In this document: one piece after another, positions 32,303 through 43,271 of the stretch
Numbering within the stretch: position 1 is the stretch's first letter
Layout: every line of letters starts with the position of its first letter
NCBI GenBank assembly: GCA_963726745.1
Contig: CAVSDR010000006.1
Coordinates: 864,001 to 928,000 of the forward strand
Origin: an uncultured Verrucomicrobiae bacterium
GTDB taxonomy: Bacteria > Verrucomicrobiota > Verrucomicrobiia > Chthoniobacterales > UBA10450
Direction of reading: 5' to 3'
DNA: 64,000 nucleotides
Notes under the pieces: generated by a model
Seen by the model: the letters and a program-made list of their open reading frames with translations, nothing else
What the model was told of the DNA's origin: nothing
Databases searched by the model: none
Translations under genes and position numbers: made by a program

Positions 32303-33148
32303 ATGTCGCAGGATTCGCCCGTCTTTACGCTCGGCCATTCACCCGATCCGGATGACGCCTTCATGTTTTACGCGATGGCGGAAAACAAGATCGACCTGCG
32401 CGGCTACCGCTTCGAGCATCGGCTGGAAGACATCCAGACCTTGAACGAACGCGCCACTCGTGGGGAGCTCCACATCTCCGCGATCTCGATTCACGCCTAC
32501 GCCTACGTGAGCGATAAATATGCGCTCCTCCCGTGCGGCGCGAGCATGGGCGACGGCTACGGCCCGATGATCGTCGCGCCTAACGAGTGCTCGATCGAGG
32601 AGCTGCGCACCCGGCGGATTGCCGTGCCCGGCAAGATGACCAGCGCCTACCTCGCGCTCCAGCTTTTCCTGGGAGCGGAGTTCGAGCACATCGTAGTGCC
32701 CTTTGACGAAATCTTCACCGCGGTAAAGCAGGGCCGGGCCGACGCTGGGCTGATCATCCACGAGGGACAACTGACCTATGCCCGCAGTGGCTTCACCAAA
32801 ATCCTCGACCTCGGCGAATGGTGGAAGCGCGAGACGGGGTTGCCCTTGCCGCTGGGCGGAAACGTCCTGCGCAAGGACATCGCGCCCGAGGTGCGGCGCG
32901 ATCTTTCCGTGATCCTCCGCGAGAGCATCGAATACGGGCTCGCGCATCGCGAAGCGGCGGTGCGCCATTCGATGCCCTACGCGCGCGACATGGACACTGC
33001 ACTCGCCGGCGAGTTCATCGGCATGTACGTGAACGACTACACGCGGGATTACGGCGAGACCGGGCGCCGGGCGATCCGCGAGTTTCTCGGCGCGGCCGAG
33101 GCGCGGGGGTTGATCGACCGGAAAGTCGAACTCGAATTCGTCGAGTAA
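32303..33148 (+). CDS. mqnD: 1,4-dihydroxy-6-naphthoate synthase (futalosine menaquinone pathway)
   Basis: GHSPDPDDAFMF; MGDGYGP; IIHEGQLTY; PLPLGG; MYVN. Confidence 0.92.
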   Translation: MSQDSPVFTLGHSPDPDDAFMFYAMAENKIDLRGYRFEHRLEDIQTLNERATRGELHISAISIHAYAYVSDKYALLPCGASMGDGYGPMIVAPNECSIEELRTRRIAVPGKMTSAYLALQLFLGAEFEHIVVPFDEIFTAVKQGRADAGLIIHEGQLTYARSGFTKILDLGEWWKRETGLPLPLGGNVLRKDIAPEVRRDLSVILRESIEYGLAHREAAVRHSMPYARDMDTALAGEFIGMYVNDYTRDYGETGRRAIREFLGAAEARGLIDRKVELEFVE

Positions 33149-33161
33149 GCCAGCGCGCTGG

Positions 33162-33338
33162 CTATTTCTTATCCTTCTTCACCGGGCCCGCGAAGTCGGC
33201 CGCGTAATTCCGCGCCTTCTCCCACTCGATCATGAAGCCACGCTGGAAGTCGCTCGGGCCATGCTCGAACAGGACCACGAAGCAGAAGGCAAAAAAGACA
33301 AAGAGGCAGAACCAAAAAAGTCCGCGCAGAAGCGACAT
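33162..33338 (-). CDS. Small membrane protein
   Basis: One hydrophobic helix then VLFEHGP; preceded by TTGACC-N17-TAGCCT. Confidence 0.6.
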   Translation of the reverse strand: MSLLRGLFWFCLFVFFAFCFVVLFEHGPSDFQRGFMIEWEKARNYAADFAGPVKKDKK

Positions 33339-33439
33339 GCCACCGAGGCTATCGTAGGCGCTGGCGACGGTCAATCAGGCCGCGCCCGAGGGGAAACTTC
33401 GCGTTGAAGCGGGAATCGAAGCTGCCATGCTGAACCGCC

Positions 33440-34628
33440 ATGCGCGTCCCGCTGCTCGACCTCAGTCACGAATACCGCACGCTGGCCGAGCCGCTTCGCG
33501 CCGCAGTTGACCAGGTCTTCGCGACGCAGCAGTTCATCCTGGGCCCGAACGTGGCTGCGCTCGAGGCTGAACTCGCTGCTTATTCCGGCTCGCCTCACGG
33601 CATCGGCGTTTCCTCCGGGACGGACGCGCTGCTGGCTATCCTGATGGCGCTAGGCATCGGGCCGGGGGACGCCGTGCTCACGACCGCCTACACGTTTTTC
33701 GCGACTGCCGGCTGCATCGCCCGCGTCGGCGCAACCCCGCTCTTTGTCGACATCGATCCGGCGACCTACAATCTATCGCCGGCGGCGTTGGCGGCGTTCC
33801 TCGAGAAAAATTGCCAGCGAGATGCAGACGGCATTTTGCGCGACCGGGAAGGCCGGCGGCTCCGCGCGATCGTCCCGGTGCATCTCTTCGGGCTCTGCTG
33901 CGAGATGGACGAAATCGCCGAGATCGCGGAGCGCTGCGGGCTTCCGGTGATCGAGGACGCCGCCCAGGCGATCGGCGCGGAGTATCTCTTCCGCGGCGAG
34001 CCAAGGCGCGCCGGCGCGATGGGCGAAGCGGGCTACTTCAGCTTTTACCCCTCGAAGAATCTCGGCGCCGCCGGCGATGCCGGCTTCATCACCTGCCGCG
34101 ACCAGGCGCTCGCGCAGCGGCTGCGCATTTGCCGGCAACACGGGATGGAGCCGCGCTATTACCACCATTTCATCGGCGGGAATTTCCGGCTGGACGAGAT
34201 CCAGGCCGCCGTCCTGCGGGTGAAATTGCCGCACCTCGACGAGTGGTCCGCCCAGCGGCGCGCGGTTGCCGATTTCTACCGCGAGGAATTTAGCCGGCAA
34301 GATCTGAGCGCCCGTCTCCAGCTCCCGGCGGAGCCTTTCCGCGACCATGGCCTAACGAATCATCACATCTACCACCAATACGTCATCCGCGCGCCGCAGC
34401 GGGACCAGCTCCAGGCGCACCTGACCGCGCGCGGGATCGGGACGGCGATCTACTACCCGGTGGCGCTGCACCAGCAGGAATGCTTTGCCGGTCTCGGCTA
34501 CCGCGCGGGCGCGCTTCCGGAGACGGAACGCGCCTGCCGGGAGACGCTCGCGCTGCCGATCTTTCCCGCAGCTTTCGCGCGCGCAGCAAACCGAGGTGGT
34601 CGCGGCAATCGCGGAATTTTACGCCTGA
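33440..34628 (+). CDS. DegT/DnrJ/EryC1/StrS sugar aminotransferase; one frameshift near 34569
   Basis: SSGTDAL; PVHLFG; IEDAAQA; SFYPSKNLG; corrected end IFPELSRAQQTEVVAAIAEFYA*. Confidence 0.92.
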
Positions 34629-34685
34629 CCGAATCGCAACTTGCGACCGGCAGGGCGCCAGCCTATATCAACGCTCGCGCCGCAC

Positions 34686-34768
34686 GGGTAGGTACCGAAG
34701 TGGCCAAACGGGGCGGACTGTAAATCCGCTGGCTTACGCCTTCGCTGGTTCGAATCCAGCCCTGCCCA
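34686..34768 (+). tRNA. tRNA-Tyr (GTA), CCA not encoded
   Basis: Acceptor GGGTAGG/CCTGCCC; anticodon arm GCGGA-CTGTAAA-TCCGC; long variable arm; GGTTCGAATCC. Confidence 0.96.
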
Positions 34769-34781
34769 CGCGCGCGAAACT

Positions 34782-35255
34782 CTAGCGGCGGCCGCCCGAT
34801 TTCCGGCCGGTGGCTTTTTTAGCCGGCGCTTTCCTGGCTGTGGATTTCGCCTTGCTGCCGGTTTTCTTCGCGGCGCTCTTCACAGAGCTCTTCGCGCTGC
34901 TTTTCTTCGCCCCGCCGGTGGTGGAACCTTTCTTCGCGCTGCCCGTTTTCGCCGACGCGGCTTTGCTGCTCCCGGAGGATTTCTTCAAGCCGACCGACTT
35001 CCCTGCGCTCGAGACCTTCTTGACCGCGGTCTTGGCGAATTGTTTGAGGCTTCCCTTTTGGTTCATCCGCTTGCCCGCGACCGCGCCCAGGACACCGCCA
35101 ACGACGGCGCCAACCGGCCCGACGACGCTGCCGAGGACTGCGCCCGCGGCGGCTCCGGCGGCCTCTTTCGAGATCGACGGCATGGGAATGTTTTTACCCG
35201 ACTGCTTGTCGGGCGAGGAAGAAGAAGAGGCGTTGGATTTTTTTCGGGTAGCCAT
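34782..35255 (-). CDS. Lys/Ala/Ser-rich histone-H1-like protein with glycine zipper
   Basis: GAAAGAVLGSVVGPVGAVVGGVLGAVAG followed by AKK/SAK-rich tail. Confidence 0.65.
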   Translation of the reverse strand: MATRKKSNASSSSSPDKQSGKNIPMPSISKEAAGAAAGAVLGSVVGPVGAVVGGVLGAVAGKRMNQKGSLKQFAKTAVKKVSSAGKSVGLKKSSGSSKAASAKTGSAKKGSTTGGAKKSSAKSSVKSAAKKTGSKAKSTARKAPAKKATGRKSGGRR

Positions 35256-35329
35256 GATTGATTGGGTTGGTTGGTTGCTTCGTTAGGTTATCGAACGCCA
35301 CCCGCCAAGTGCGTTCGTCTGCGGGCAAC

Positions 35330-35361
35330 AAAAAAGCGCCTGACTTGCATCAGGCGCTTTT
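35330..35361 (-). terminator. Rho-independent terminator of the RRM gene (possibly bidirectional)
   Basis: AAAAGCGCCTGA-CTTGCA-TCAGGCGCTTTT. Confidence 0.85.
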
Positions 35362-35388
35362 CGCAAAAGTTAATGTTCGGGGTCTGGC

Positions 35389-35814
35389 CTAACGACCGCG
35401 GCGCTGTCCGCCACCGCCATCGCGACGTCCGCCGCCGCCACCACCGCCGCCGTAGCCGCCGCCACCACCGCCGTAGCCTCCACCGCCACCGCCGTAGCCG
35501 CCGCCACCACCTCCACGACCGCCACCGCCGCCGCCGTAGCCCCCACCGCCACCGGGCGGACGAGGTTCGCGCGGACGCGCTTCATTCACGGTCAAAGGCC
35601 GGCCTTCCACCGTCTTGCCATTGAACTGCGAGATCGCGTTCTGCGCGTCCGTCTCGCTGGTCATGGTGACGAAGGCGAAGCCGCGGGATTTACCGGTAAA
35701 CTTATCCTGCATGAGCGTCACTTCCTGCACGGGGCCCGCCTGCGCGAAGAGATCCTGCAGATCAGTCTCGGTCGTGTTGAAGGAAAGATTTCCTACGTAT
35801 AATTTAGTTCCCAT
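35389..35814 (-). CDS. RRM RNA-binding protein with Gly-rich tail
   Basis: RNP2 LYVGNL; RNP1 RGFAFV; VNEARPRE; GGGGGY repeats. Confidence 0.95.
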   Translation of the reverse strand: MGTKLYVGNLSFNTTETDLQDLFAQAGPVQEVTLMQDKFTGKSRGFAFVTMTSETDAQNAISQFNGKTVEGRPLTVNEARPREPRPPGGGGGYGGGGGGRGGGGGGYGGGGGGYGGGGGGYGGGGGGGGRRDGGGGQRRGR

Positions 35815-35994
35815 CTGAGTCTTTTCTCGAAAACGCTGCCAGGTCACTGTTCCCGCTCATCGGATTTCGAACCGCCACTGATCACTCAACTGACAATCCA
35901 CCAACGCCCCGGGCTACCGTCTTCTTCGGCGTGACAAGTAGGACTTTTCCCGGTGGAAAGCAAATGGAATCAGGGCGAGTAGCGGCGGGGTAAA

Positions 35995-37200
35995 ATGACT
36001 CACCAAATGCAACCTCCCGCCTCCCGCGTGGCCATCGTCGCCGCCGGGGTTATCAGCCCGCTCGGCTGCGGTCTCGGCGAGACCGCGGATGCCCTCCGCG
36101 CCAGTCGCGATTGCGTCACCCCAGTGGAGCGTTTCGCGGTCGCGCAATGCCGCTGCCAGTCAGCTGCGCAGGTCGAGGAGGCGCGACTGCGTCCCTTCGC
36201 CCACGGGCGCCGCGGCGGCCGGTTGCATCGCGCGGCCTTAATGATGATCGGCGCGCTCGAGGAAGTGCTCCAGCAAGCGCCCGGCTTCTCGCCGGAGCTC
36301 ATGGTCGTGGGCACGACCAGCGGCGGGATGACTTTCGGCGAGAGCTACTACCGTGCGCTTCACGCTGGCCAAAGTTCGCGCCGCACGCCGGCGTGGATCG
36401 CGAATTACCCGCCGCAAAAGCCCGCGGTCGATGCGCTGGAAGCTTTCGGCCTTTCCGCGCCCTGCCAGGTAATCGCGAACGCCTGCGCCTCCGGCACCAA
36501 CGCCATCGGCCACGCCTTCGAGTGCATCCGCTCGGGGCGTTACCAGCGCATTCTCACCGGCGGCTATGACGCGATCTCCGAGCTGGTTTTCGTCGGCTTT
36601 GATTCGCTCCAGGCGGCCACGCCGGAGAAATGCCGGCCGTTCGATCGCGAGCGCAGCGGCCTCGTGCTCGGCGAAGGGGCCGCGCTGCTCGCACTGGAAA
36701 ATTATGCAGCCGCCGAAGCCCGCGGCGCGGAAATCCTCGGTGAGGTCGTCGGCTACGGGATCTCGACCGACAACCATCACCTGACCCAGCCGCACCCCTC
36801 GGGCAGCGGTCCGCGGGAGGCGATGGCGCGCGCGCTCGCCAGCGCCGGCGTCGAGCCAGGCGCGGTCGATTACATCAATGCCCACGGCACCGCGACCCCG
36901 TTCAACGACGCCGCCGAGGGCGTGGCCATCGCGGAACTCTTCGGCCGCGTCCCGGTAAGCTCGAGCAAGAGCCAAATGGGCCACTCGTTAGGTGCGGCGG
37001 GCGCGATCGAGGCGGTCATCTGCCTGCTGGCGCTACGCGGGCAATTCCTCCCGCCAAACATCAACTTCCGCGCGCCCGAGCTCGACCTCGAGATCGTGGC
37101 CAACGAATCCCGCCCGGCCCGCCTCCAGAGAGTGCTGTCTAATTCCTTCGGCTTCGGCGGGACGAACGCCTCCATCCTTCTCCAGGCGGTGGCCGCGTGA
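35995..37200 (+). CDS. Beta-ketoacyl-ACP synthase (FabF/FabB-like), catalytic residues intact
   Basis: NACASG; INAHGTAT; GHSLGAAG; NSFGFGG; start may be 36007. Confidence 0.9.
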   Translation: MTHQMQPPASRVAIVAAGVISPLGCGLGETADALRASRDCVTPVERFAVAQCRCQSAAQVEEARLRPFAHGRRGGRLHRAALMMIGALEEVLQQAPGFSPELMVVGTTSGGMTFGESYYRALHAGQSSRRTPAWIANYPPQKPAVDALEAFGLSAPCQVIANACASGTNAIGHAFECIRSGRYQRILTGGYDAISELVFVGFDSLQAATPEKCRPFDRERSGLVLGEGAALLALENYAAAEARGAEILGEVVGYGISTDNHHLTQPHPSGSGPREAMARALASAGVEPGAVDYINAHGTATPFNDAAEGVAIAELFGRVPVSSSKSQMGHSLGAAGAIEAVICLLALRGQFLPPNINFRAPELDLEIVANESRPARLQRVLSNSFGFGGTNASILLQAVAA

Positions 37201-38258
37201 GCATTGCGCTCGGCGGCATGGGCTGGGTCACTCCGCTTGGCTCCGGTCTTGTGGAAGTCGCGCGTCTCGTCGCCGAGGGAACGCAGCCGGCCACCGCGAG
37301 CGTTTCCAGTCCGTTAAACGGCCGCACCTTTCCCGCGTTCCTCGTCCCGCCGGACGTCGCGAAGCAAGCGCCGGCCCATCCGCGCCTGCGGCGTTCGAGT
37401 GCGATTTCTCGTTACGCCGCCGTCGCCGGCCTGGCCGCGCTGGAGGATGCCGGGGTGAAAATAGACAGCGGCTCGGCCGAGCGGACTGCGCTCATCTTTG
37501 CGATCGCGAACGGCGGCGTGGTTTACACCAAACGCTTCTACCATGAGGTCGTCGCCTCCGGCGCGCAGGCCGCGAGCCCTCTGCTTTTTCCGGAAACGGT
37601 TTTCAATGCCCCGGCCAGTCACCTCGCCGCGATCCTCGGCCTGACCGGCGCGACTTACACGCTCGTGGGCGATGGCGCGGTCGGGCTGCTGGCGGTGAAA
37701 ATGGCCGAGGACCTTCTCGCGAGCGACGCGCTCGATCGTTGCCTGGTGGTCGGCGCGGAAGAGGCCGATTGGCTCCTGTGCGACGCCTATCGCCGGTGGC
37801 GTTTGCTCCGCCTTGCGCCGCCGGTCGAGCCCTTCGCCACGCCTGCGCGCGGGACCATCTTGAGCGAAGGCGCGGGCGCGGTCCTGCTCACTCGCGAGGG
37901 CCCCGTGCGCCTTGGGCAGGTCGAGGCGGGCGGGAATTTTAGCCGGCAAGCTGAAGCCGCCGCTTGCATGGAGAATGTCTTCGCCCGCCTGCAGGCAAAC
38001 GACCGCGACCTGGTGGTCGCGAGCGCGAATGGCACCTTCATCGACGCCGCCGAGCACAGCGCAATCCAGCGGCATTGCCCGGGCGCGACCGTGCTCGCGC
38101 CCAAGCGTTCGTTAGGCGAGAGCCCGGGCTCCGGCGCGCTCTGGCAGCTCATTGCCGGGGCGCTGGCGCTGCGCCGCGGCGAGGCCCGGCGCGCGCTCAT
38201 TTCCACCTGCGGAATGAACCAACAAACCGCCGGCCTGACGCTTCAGGTTGCCGACTAA
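37197..38258 (+). CDS. Ketosynthase-like protein lacking catalytic Cys/His (chain-length-factor-like)
   Basis: SPLLFPETVFNA; GDGAVG in place of ACxSG; SEGAGA; ASANGT; coupled to the upstream KS (GTGA). Confidence 0.8.
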   Translation: MSIALGGMGWVTPLGSGLVEVARLVAEGTQPATASVSSPLNGRTFPAFLVPPDVAKQAPAHPRLRRSSAISRYAAVAGLAALEDAGVKIDSGSAERTALIFAIANGGVVYTKRFYHEVVASGAQAASPLLFPETVFNAPASHLAAILGLTGATYTLVGDGAVGLLAVKMAEDLLASDALDRCLVVGAEEADWLLCDAYRRWRLLRLAPPVEPFATPARGTILSEGAGAVLLTREGPVRLGQVEAGGNFSRQAEAAACMENVFARLQANDRDLVVASANGTFIDAAEHSAIQRHCPGATVLAPKRSLGESPGSGALWQLIAGALALRRGEARRALISTCGMNQQTAGLTLQVAD

Positions 38259-38329
38259 TTCTCGGGCCGCTCCGCTGCCTGCTTTTGCCTTTGCAACCCC
38301 CAGCCGCGGCAGTAGCTTCGGCATCCTCG

Positions 38330-40595
38330 ATGCGCGGGCTTGTTTTTCTCTTTTTTGCTCTCGCGTCTGCCACGGCTTTTGGCCAGGCCGCGGCACCCTC
38401 GACGCTCAGCAAACAACCCATCGAAATTACCGCCACCGGCGGGACGAATTACGTCAATGGCCTCGCGACGGCGCAGGAAAACGTCGCCATCCACATCGAC
38501 GAGACCGATATCTACGCCGACCGCGCGACCTACAACCCGCAGACCCACGTGGTCCACGTCGAGGGTCACGTCCGGATCTATCGCGGGGTGGAGCTCTACG
38601 TCGGCGAGAGCGGCACCTACAACACCGAGACGAAGAAGGTCGAAACCGGCCCGCTGCGCACCTCGAATTACCCGTTTCTTCCTCGGCGGCGACAGCCTGA
38701 CGACCATCGCCGATGACGGCAAGCTCGTAAGCAAGGGAGCCTTTACCACGCACGATTCCGCGCAGCCGGATTTCCAGATTCGCTCGAGCTCGGTGCGGGT
38801 TTACGAAGGCGACCGCGTGGTCATGCGGAACTCCGTCTTCTACGTCGGGCGCGTGCCGATCTTCTACTGGCCCTATCTCTACCAGTCGTTAGACGACGCT
38901 TTCAGCTTTGTGATCTCGCCGGCTTACCTGAGCTCCTGGGGACCGTCGCTGCTCTCGCGGGTCACCTTTCCGATCACGGAAAACATCAAGGCCTCGGTGC
39001 GGCTGGATTACCGTTACAAGCGCGGTTTTGCCATCGGCTTCTCGCCCGACATTAAGTACGGCAAGCACAACGAAAGCCTCGCGCGCCTCCGCACTTATTT
39101 CGCCGACGACAACAACCCTACGCTTAATCGCACCTCGCTCCCGCGCGACCTGATTACTTCCGCGCGCTACCGCGTGGGCCTCGACGACCGGACGCAATTT
39201 ACCAAGGACTTCACCGGTTTCGCCACCTTCACCAAGCTGAGCGACCCGTTCATTCTCCAGGATTTTTTCCCGGCAGAATTCCGCTTAAATCCGGAGCCGG
39301 ATAACGTCGCCGCGCTCCATCTTTACCAGCCGTCTTACACCGTGACCGCCTTCACGCGGCTGCAGCTGAACAATTTCTACGAAGCCACCGAACGCCTGCC
39401 GGAAGTGGCGCTGGATGTGAAGCGGCAGCCGATCTTCGGCTCGCCCATTTTCTACGAGGGCGAGTCGAGCATCGCCGCGCTTCGCCGGAACTTCCCGCAC
39501 CAGTCCATCTTCGAGGATTACAACAGCCTGCGGCTCGACAGCTTTCACCAGTTCCTTTACCCGAAGACTTACTTCGGCTGGCTCTCGGTCATCCCGCGGG
39601 CCGGCTTTCGCGCGACCTACTACAGCAAAACGCGCGACATCAGCGGGCTCGTCATCCCAACGAATGAGAACGCGCTCATCCCGGATTTCCTCCTGCCCGA
39701 CCCGACGAAGACCGACCCGATCAAGCCCGGCGGCGACCGTTACCGCGTGCTCTTTAACACCGGCGTGGAAGCCTCCTTCAAGCTCTCGCGCACTTGGGAG
39801 CAGGTGCAAAACCGCGCCCTCGGCCTCGACGGCTTGCGCCACATCTTGCAGCCGTTTTTCAATTACTCCTACGTCAGCGGGAACAACGCCGACCCCGCGG
39901 AAATCCTGCAGTTCGATCGCTACCAGCCCTCGACTCGCCTGCGTCCGATCGACTTTCCGCAGTTCAACTCGATCGACTCGATCGCGAATTGGAACATCGC
40001 CCGCGTCGGCGTGCGCAACCGTCTGCAGACGCGCCGGGACGACAGCACGATCAACTGGCTCGAGCTCGAGAGTTACTTCGACGTGAACTTCGACAATCCC
40101 TACGACAAGCGCGACTTCTCGAACGTCTACAACAACCTGCGCTTTAATCCGCTCCCGTGGGTCTCGCTCGCGCTCAACTCGCAACTCCCGATCCTTTCCG
40201 GCGGCTTCACCGAGGTGAACACCGAACTCCGCTTCCAGCCGGCGGCCGCGCTTTCCTTCTCGTTAGGCCATCGTCTCCTCTCGGATAATCCGTTCTTCGT
40301 CGACAGCAGCCTCTACACCTACGGCGCCTACTATCGCGTGGGGGATAACTGGGCCATCGGCGCGGGCGGACGTTACGAAGCCAAGACCGGCGTGATGGAA
40401 GAGCAGCGCTACACCGTCTATCGCGATCTCACCAGCTGGATCGCCTCCGTCGGCGCGATCATCCGCGACAACGGCGGGGTGCACGAGTACGGCGTGCTCG
40501 TTTCTTTCACCCTGAAAGCGCTGCCTAAATTTAGCTTCGATCTCAATTTCGATCCCGGCTCGCAGGGTGGCGAGAACCACGGTCTCGTCCCTTGA
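38330..40595 (+). CDS. lptD: LPS-assembly protein LptD; one frameshift near 38675
   Basis: Signal peptide; OstA-like N-domain; VPIFYWPY; ERLPE; large beta-barrel. Confidence 0.82.
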
Positions 40596-40683
40596 TGCGA
40601 GGCAATTTGCCGTTGCATTCGCCCGCTTTTTCCGGTTCGTTCCGCCTACTGCCGTAGTCACGGCAGCCCACGTTTTCACGCTT

Positions 40684-42102
40684 ATGGATCTTTCAATTAT
40701 CGGCTCTGGATATGTCGGCCTCGTCACCGGCGCGTGCTTCGCGGACGTGGGCCACAACGTCGTCTGCGTGGATAACGACCCGCGCAAGATCGAGGCGCTC
40801 CGCGCCGGCAAAGTCCCGATCTACGAGCCCGGCCTCGAGGAAGTGATCCATCGCAACGTCGCCGCGCAGCGCCTGCGCTTCACCGGCAGCATCCAGGACG
40901 GCGTGGAGAATTCGCAGATCGTCTTCATCGCCGTGCCCACTCCGCAGGGGAACGACGGCCACGTCGACCTCAGCTTCATCGAGAAGGTCGCGCGCGAGAT
41001 CGCCCAGGTCCTGACCGACTACCGCGTGATCGTCGACAAGAGCACCGTCCCGGTGAAGACCGGCGAGAAAGTCGCGGAATCGATCAAACGCTACAACAAA
41101 CACGGCGCCGCTTTCGACGTCGTGAGCAACCCGGAGTTCCTCCGCGAAGGCTGCGCCGTGGCCGACCTGATGAAGCCCGACCGCATCGTCATCGGCGCGC
41201 AAAGCGAGCGCGCGATCGACCTGATGAAGAAGGTCTACGAGCCCTTCATGGCGCCGATCCTCGTGACCGATATCAACAGCGCCGAGTTGATCAAGCACGC
41301 CGCGAATTCCTTCCTCGCGCTCAAGATTTCCTACATCAACGCCGTCTCCGCGATCTGCGACGCCAGCGGCGCCGACGTGGAGAAAGTAGCCGACGGGATC
41401 GGGATGGATCGCCGCATCGGGCGCAATTTCCTCAACGCCGGCATCGGCTACGGCGGCTCCTGTTTCCCGAAAGACATCGCCGCCTTCATCAAGATCAGCG
41501 AGCAACTTGGCGTGCCCTTCACCCTCTTGAAGGAAGTGCAGCGGATCAACGCCTCGCAGAAGGATCGCTTCCTCGATTCCATCCGCGAAGCCCTCTGGGT
41601 CCTGCGCGAAAAGAAAATCGCCGTCTGGGGCCTCACCTTTAAGCCGGACACGGATGACATCCGTTCCTCAGTCGCGATCGATCTCGTCGCCGACATGCTC
41701 AAGGAAGGCGCGCATGTTTCCGTCTACGACCCGAAAGGGATGGAGAAAGCGCGTGAGCTCAAGGAACTGGCCGGCGCGCACTTTGTCGACGCGCCGATGG
41801 ACGCGGTCGAAGGCGCCGAGGCGCTCGTGATTGCGACGGAGTGGGGCGAATTTGCCAACGTCGATCTCGCGGCGGTGAAGGCGAAGATGGCCACGCCAAT
41901 GGTTTTCGACGGCCGGAATCTGTTCGATCCGCAGACCATGGCGACGCTCGGGTTCGACTACCATTCGATCGGGCGTCATCGCGTGCTGCCGCTCGTTAGG
42001 CCGTGGCCCGCCGGCTCGCACTCGCGGCGCTCGAGGAATGGCGCGGCGGGAAGCGTTTTGCCGACGCGATCCTGCAAGCTTTGCTTACCCGGAGCGCGTT
42101 AA
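40684..42102 (+). CDS. ugd: UDP-glucose 6-dehydrogenase; true stop probably TAG at 41997-41999 if one base is missing
   Basis: GSGYVGL; KSTVP; SNPEFLREG; GYGGSCFPKD; FKPDTDDIR; FDGRN. Confidence 0.93.
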   Translation: MDLSIIGSGYVGLVTGACFADVGHNVVCVDNDPRKIEALRAGKVPIYEPGLEEVIHRNVAAQRLRFTGSIQDGVENSQIVFIAVPTPQGNDGHVDLSFIEKVAREIAQVLTDYRVIVDKSTVPVKTGEKVAESIKRYNKHGAAFDVVSNPEFLREGCAVADLMKPDRIVIGAQSERAIDLMKKVYEPFMAPILVTDINSAELIKHAANSFLALKISYINAVSAICDASGADVEKVADGIGMDRRIGRNFLNAGIGYGGSCFPKDIAAFIKISEQLGVPFTLLKEVQRINASQKDRFLDSIREALWVLREKKIAVWGLTFKPDTDDIRSSVAIDLVADMLKEGAHVSVYDPKGMEKARELKELAGAHFVDAPMDAVEGAEALVIATEWGEFANVDLAAVKAKMATPMVFDGRNLFDPQTMATLGFDYHSIGRHRVLPLVRPWPAGSHSRRSRNGAAGSVLPTRSCKLCLPGAR

Positions 42103-43228
42103 GCTCCGCCGATCGTGCTTTCGCCACCGAGCTGTTTTACGGGGTTCTGCGCAATCTCGCGTTGCTCGACTTCTGGATCGCGCAGTTGCGGCCCGACAGA
42201 ATAGACGACGACTCGCGCGACCTCCTGCGTCTCGGCCTCTACCAGGTGCTCTTGATCGAGACCGCGGAGCACGCGGCCGTTTTCGAGACCGTGGAACTGG
42301 CCAAGCCGCGGGCGCGTGGCTTGGTCAACGCCATCCTTCGCCGCGCCCTGCGCGAGAAAGCCGCGCTCGATCTCGTCGGCTAACGACCAGCCGCTCGCGA
42401 CCCGTTGTTCCGAGCCGCTCTTCCTGGTCGCGAAATGGCAGCGCCAATTCGGGGACGAAGCCACCACTGCGCTCTGCCGCTGGAATAACCAGCCGCCTCC
42501 GGTCTACGCGCGGATAAATCAGCTCCAGGTTTCCCTCGAAGAATTCCTCGCGCGCTATCCGGAGGCTTCGCCGGTCGAGGGCCAGGAAAATTTCGTCGCC
42601 CTGCCGCACCCGCTCGCGGCGCTCGAGCGCGGGCGACTGCTACGTGCAGGACCCGAGCACCGCGCTCGCCTGTGAGTTGCTTGCGCCGCAACCAGGCGAC
42701 CGCGTGCTCGATGCCTGCGCCGCCCCCGGTGGGAAGACCGCCTACCTTGCGGAACTGATGCAGGACCAAGGCGCCATCCTCGCGGTCGACCGCGATGAGC
42801 AACGCGTGCAGCGCCTCGAGGAAAACCTCACGCGCCTCGGCATCTCGTCGGCAAAAACGCAGGTGCACGACTGGAGCGGAACGCCGCCTACCGAGCATTT
42901 CGACCGCATCCTGGTCGACGCGCCCTGCAGCAACACCGGGGTAATGCGCCGCCGGGTAGACGTGCGCTGGCGTTTGCAGCCGGCGGATTTCACGCGCATG
43001 CCGCGCGAGCAGCTCGCCATCGTGCGCGCGGTGCTGCCGTTGCTGAAACCGGGCGGCACCCTCGTCTACAGCACCTGCAGCCTGGAGCCGGAGGAAAACG
43101 GGCAACTCGTTAGGCAATTGCTCGAGGAATTTCCCGCGCTCCAGCTCGAGGAGGAGCGGGCGATCCTGCCTTGGCGCGACGGCCTGGACGGCGCCTTCGC
43201 GGCGCGCCTCGTCCACTGCGGGAATTAG
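42003..43228 (+). CDS. rsmB: 16S rRNA m5C967 methyltransferase RsmB/Sun; frameshifts near 42375 and 42632
   Basis: NusB-like N-domain (GLVNAILR); [27 protein letters not shown], spread over three frames. Confidence 0.9.
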
Positions 43229-43271
43229 CCAGCAAGCTTGCGGTCCAGCCGGAGGCAAATCATGCTCTTCC

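Noticed and set aside
34686..35255. Integrative element at tRNA-Tyr
   Set aside because: No integrase and no duplicated tRNA 3' end; flanking genes look native
35409..35552. GCC/CCA-rich tandem repeat as a CRISPR array or VNTR
   Set aside because: It is the coding sequence of the Gly-rich tail of the RRM protein
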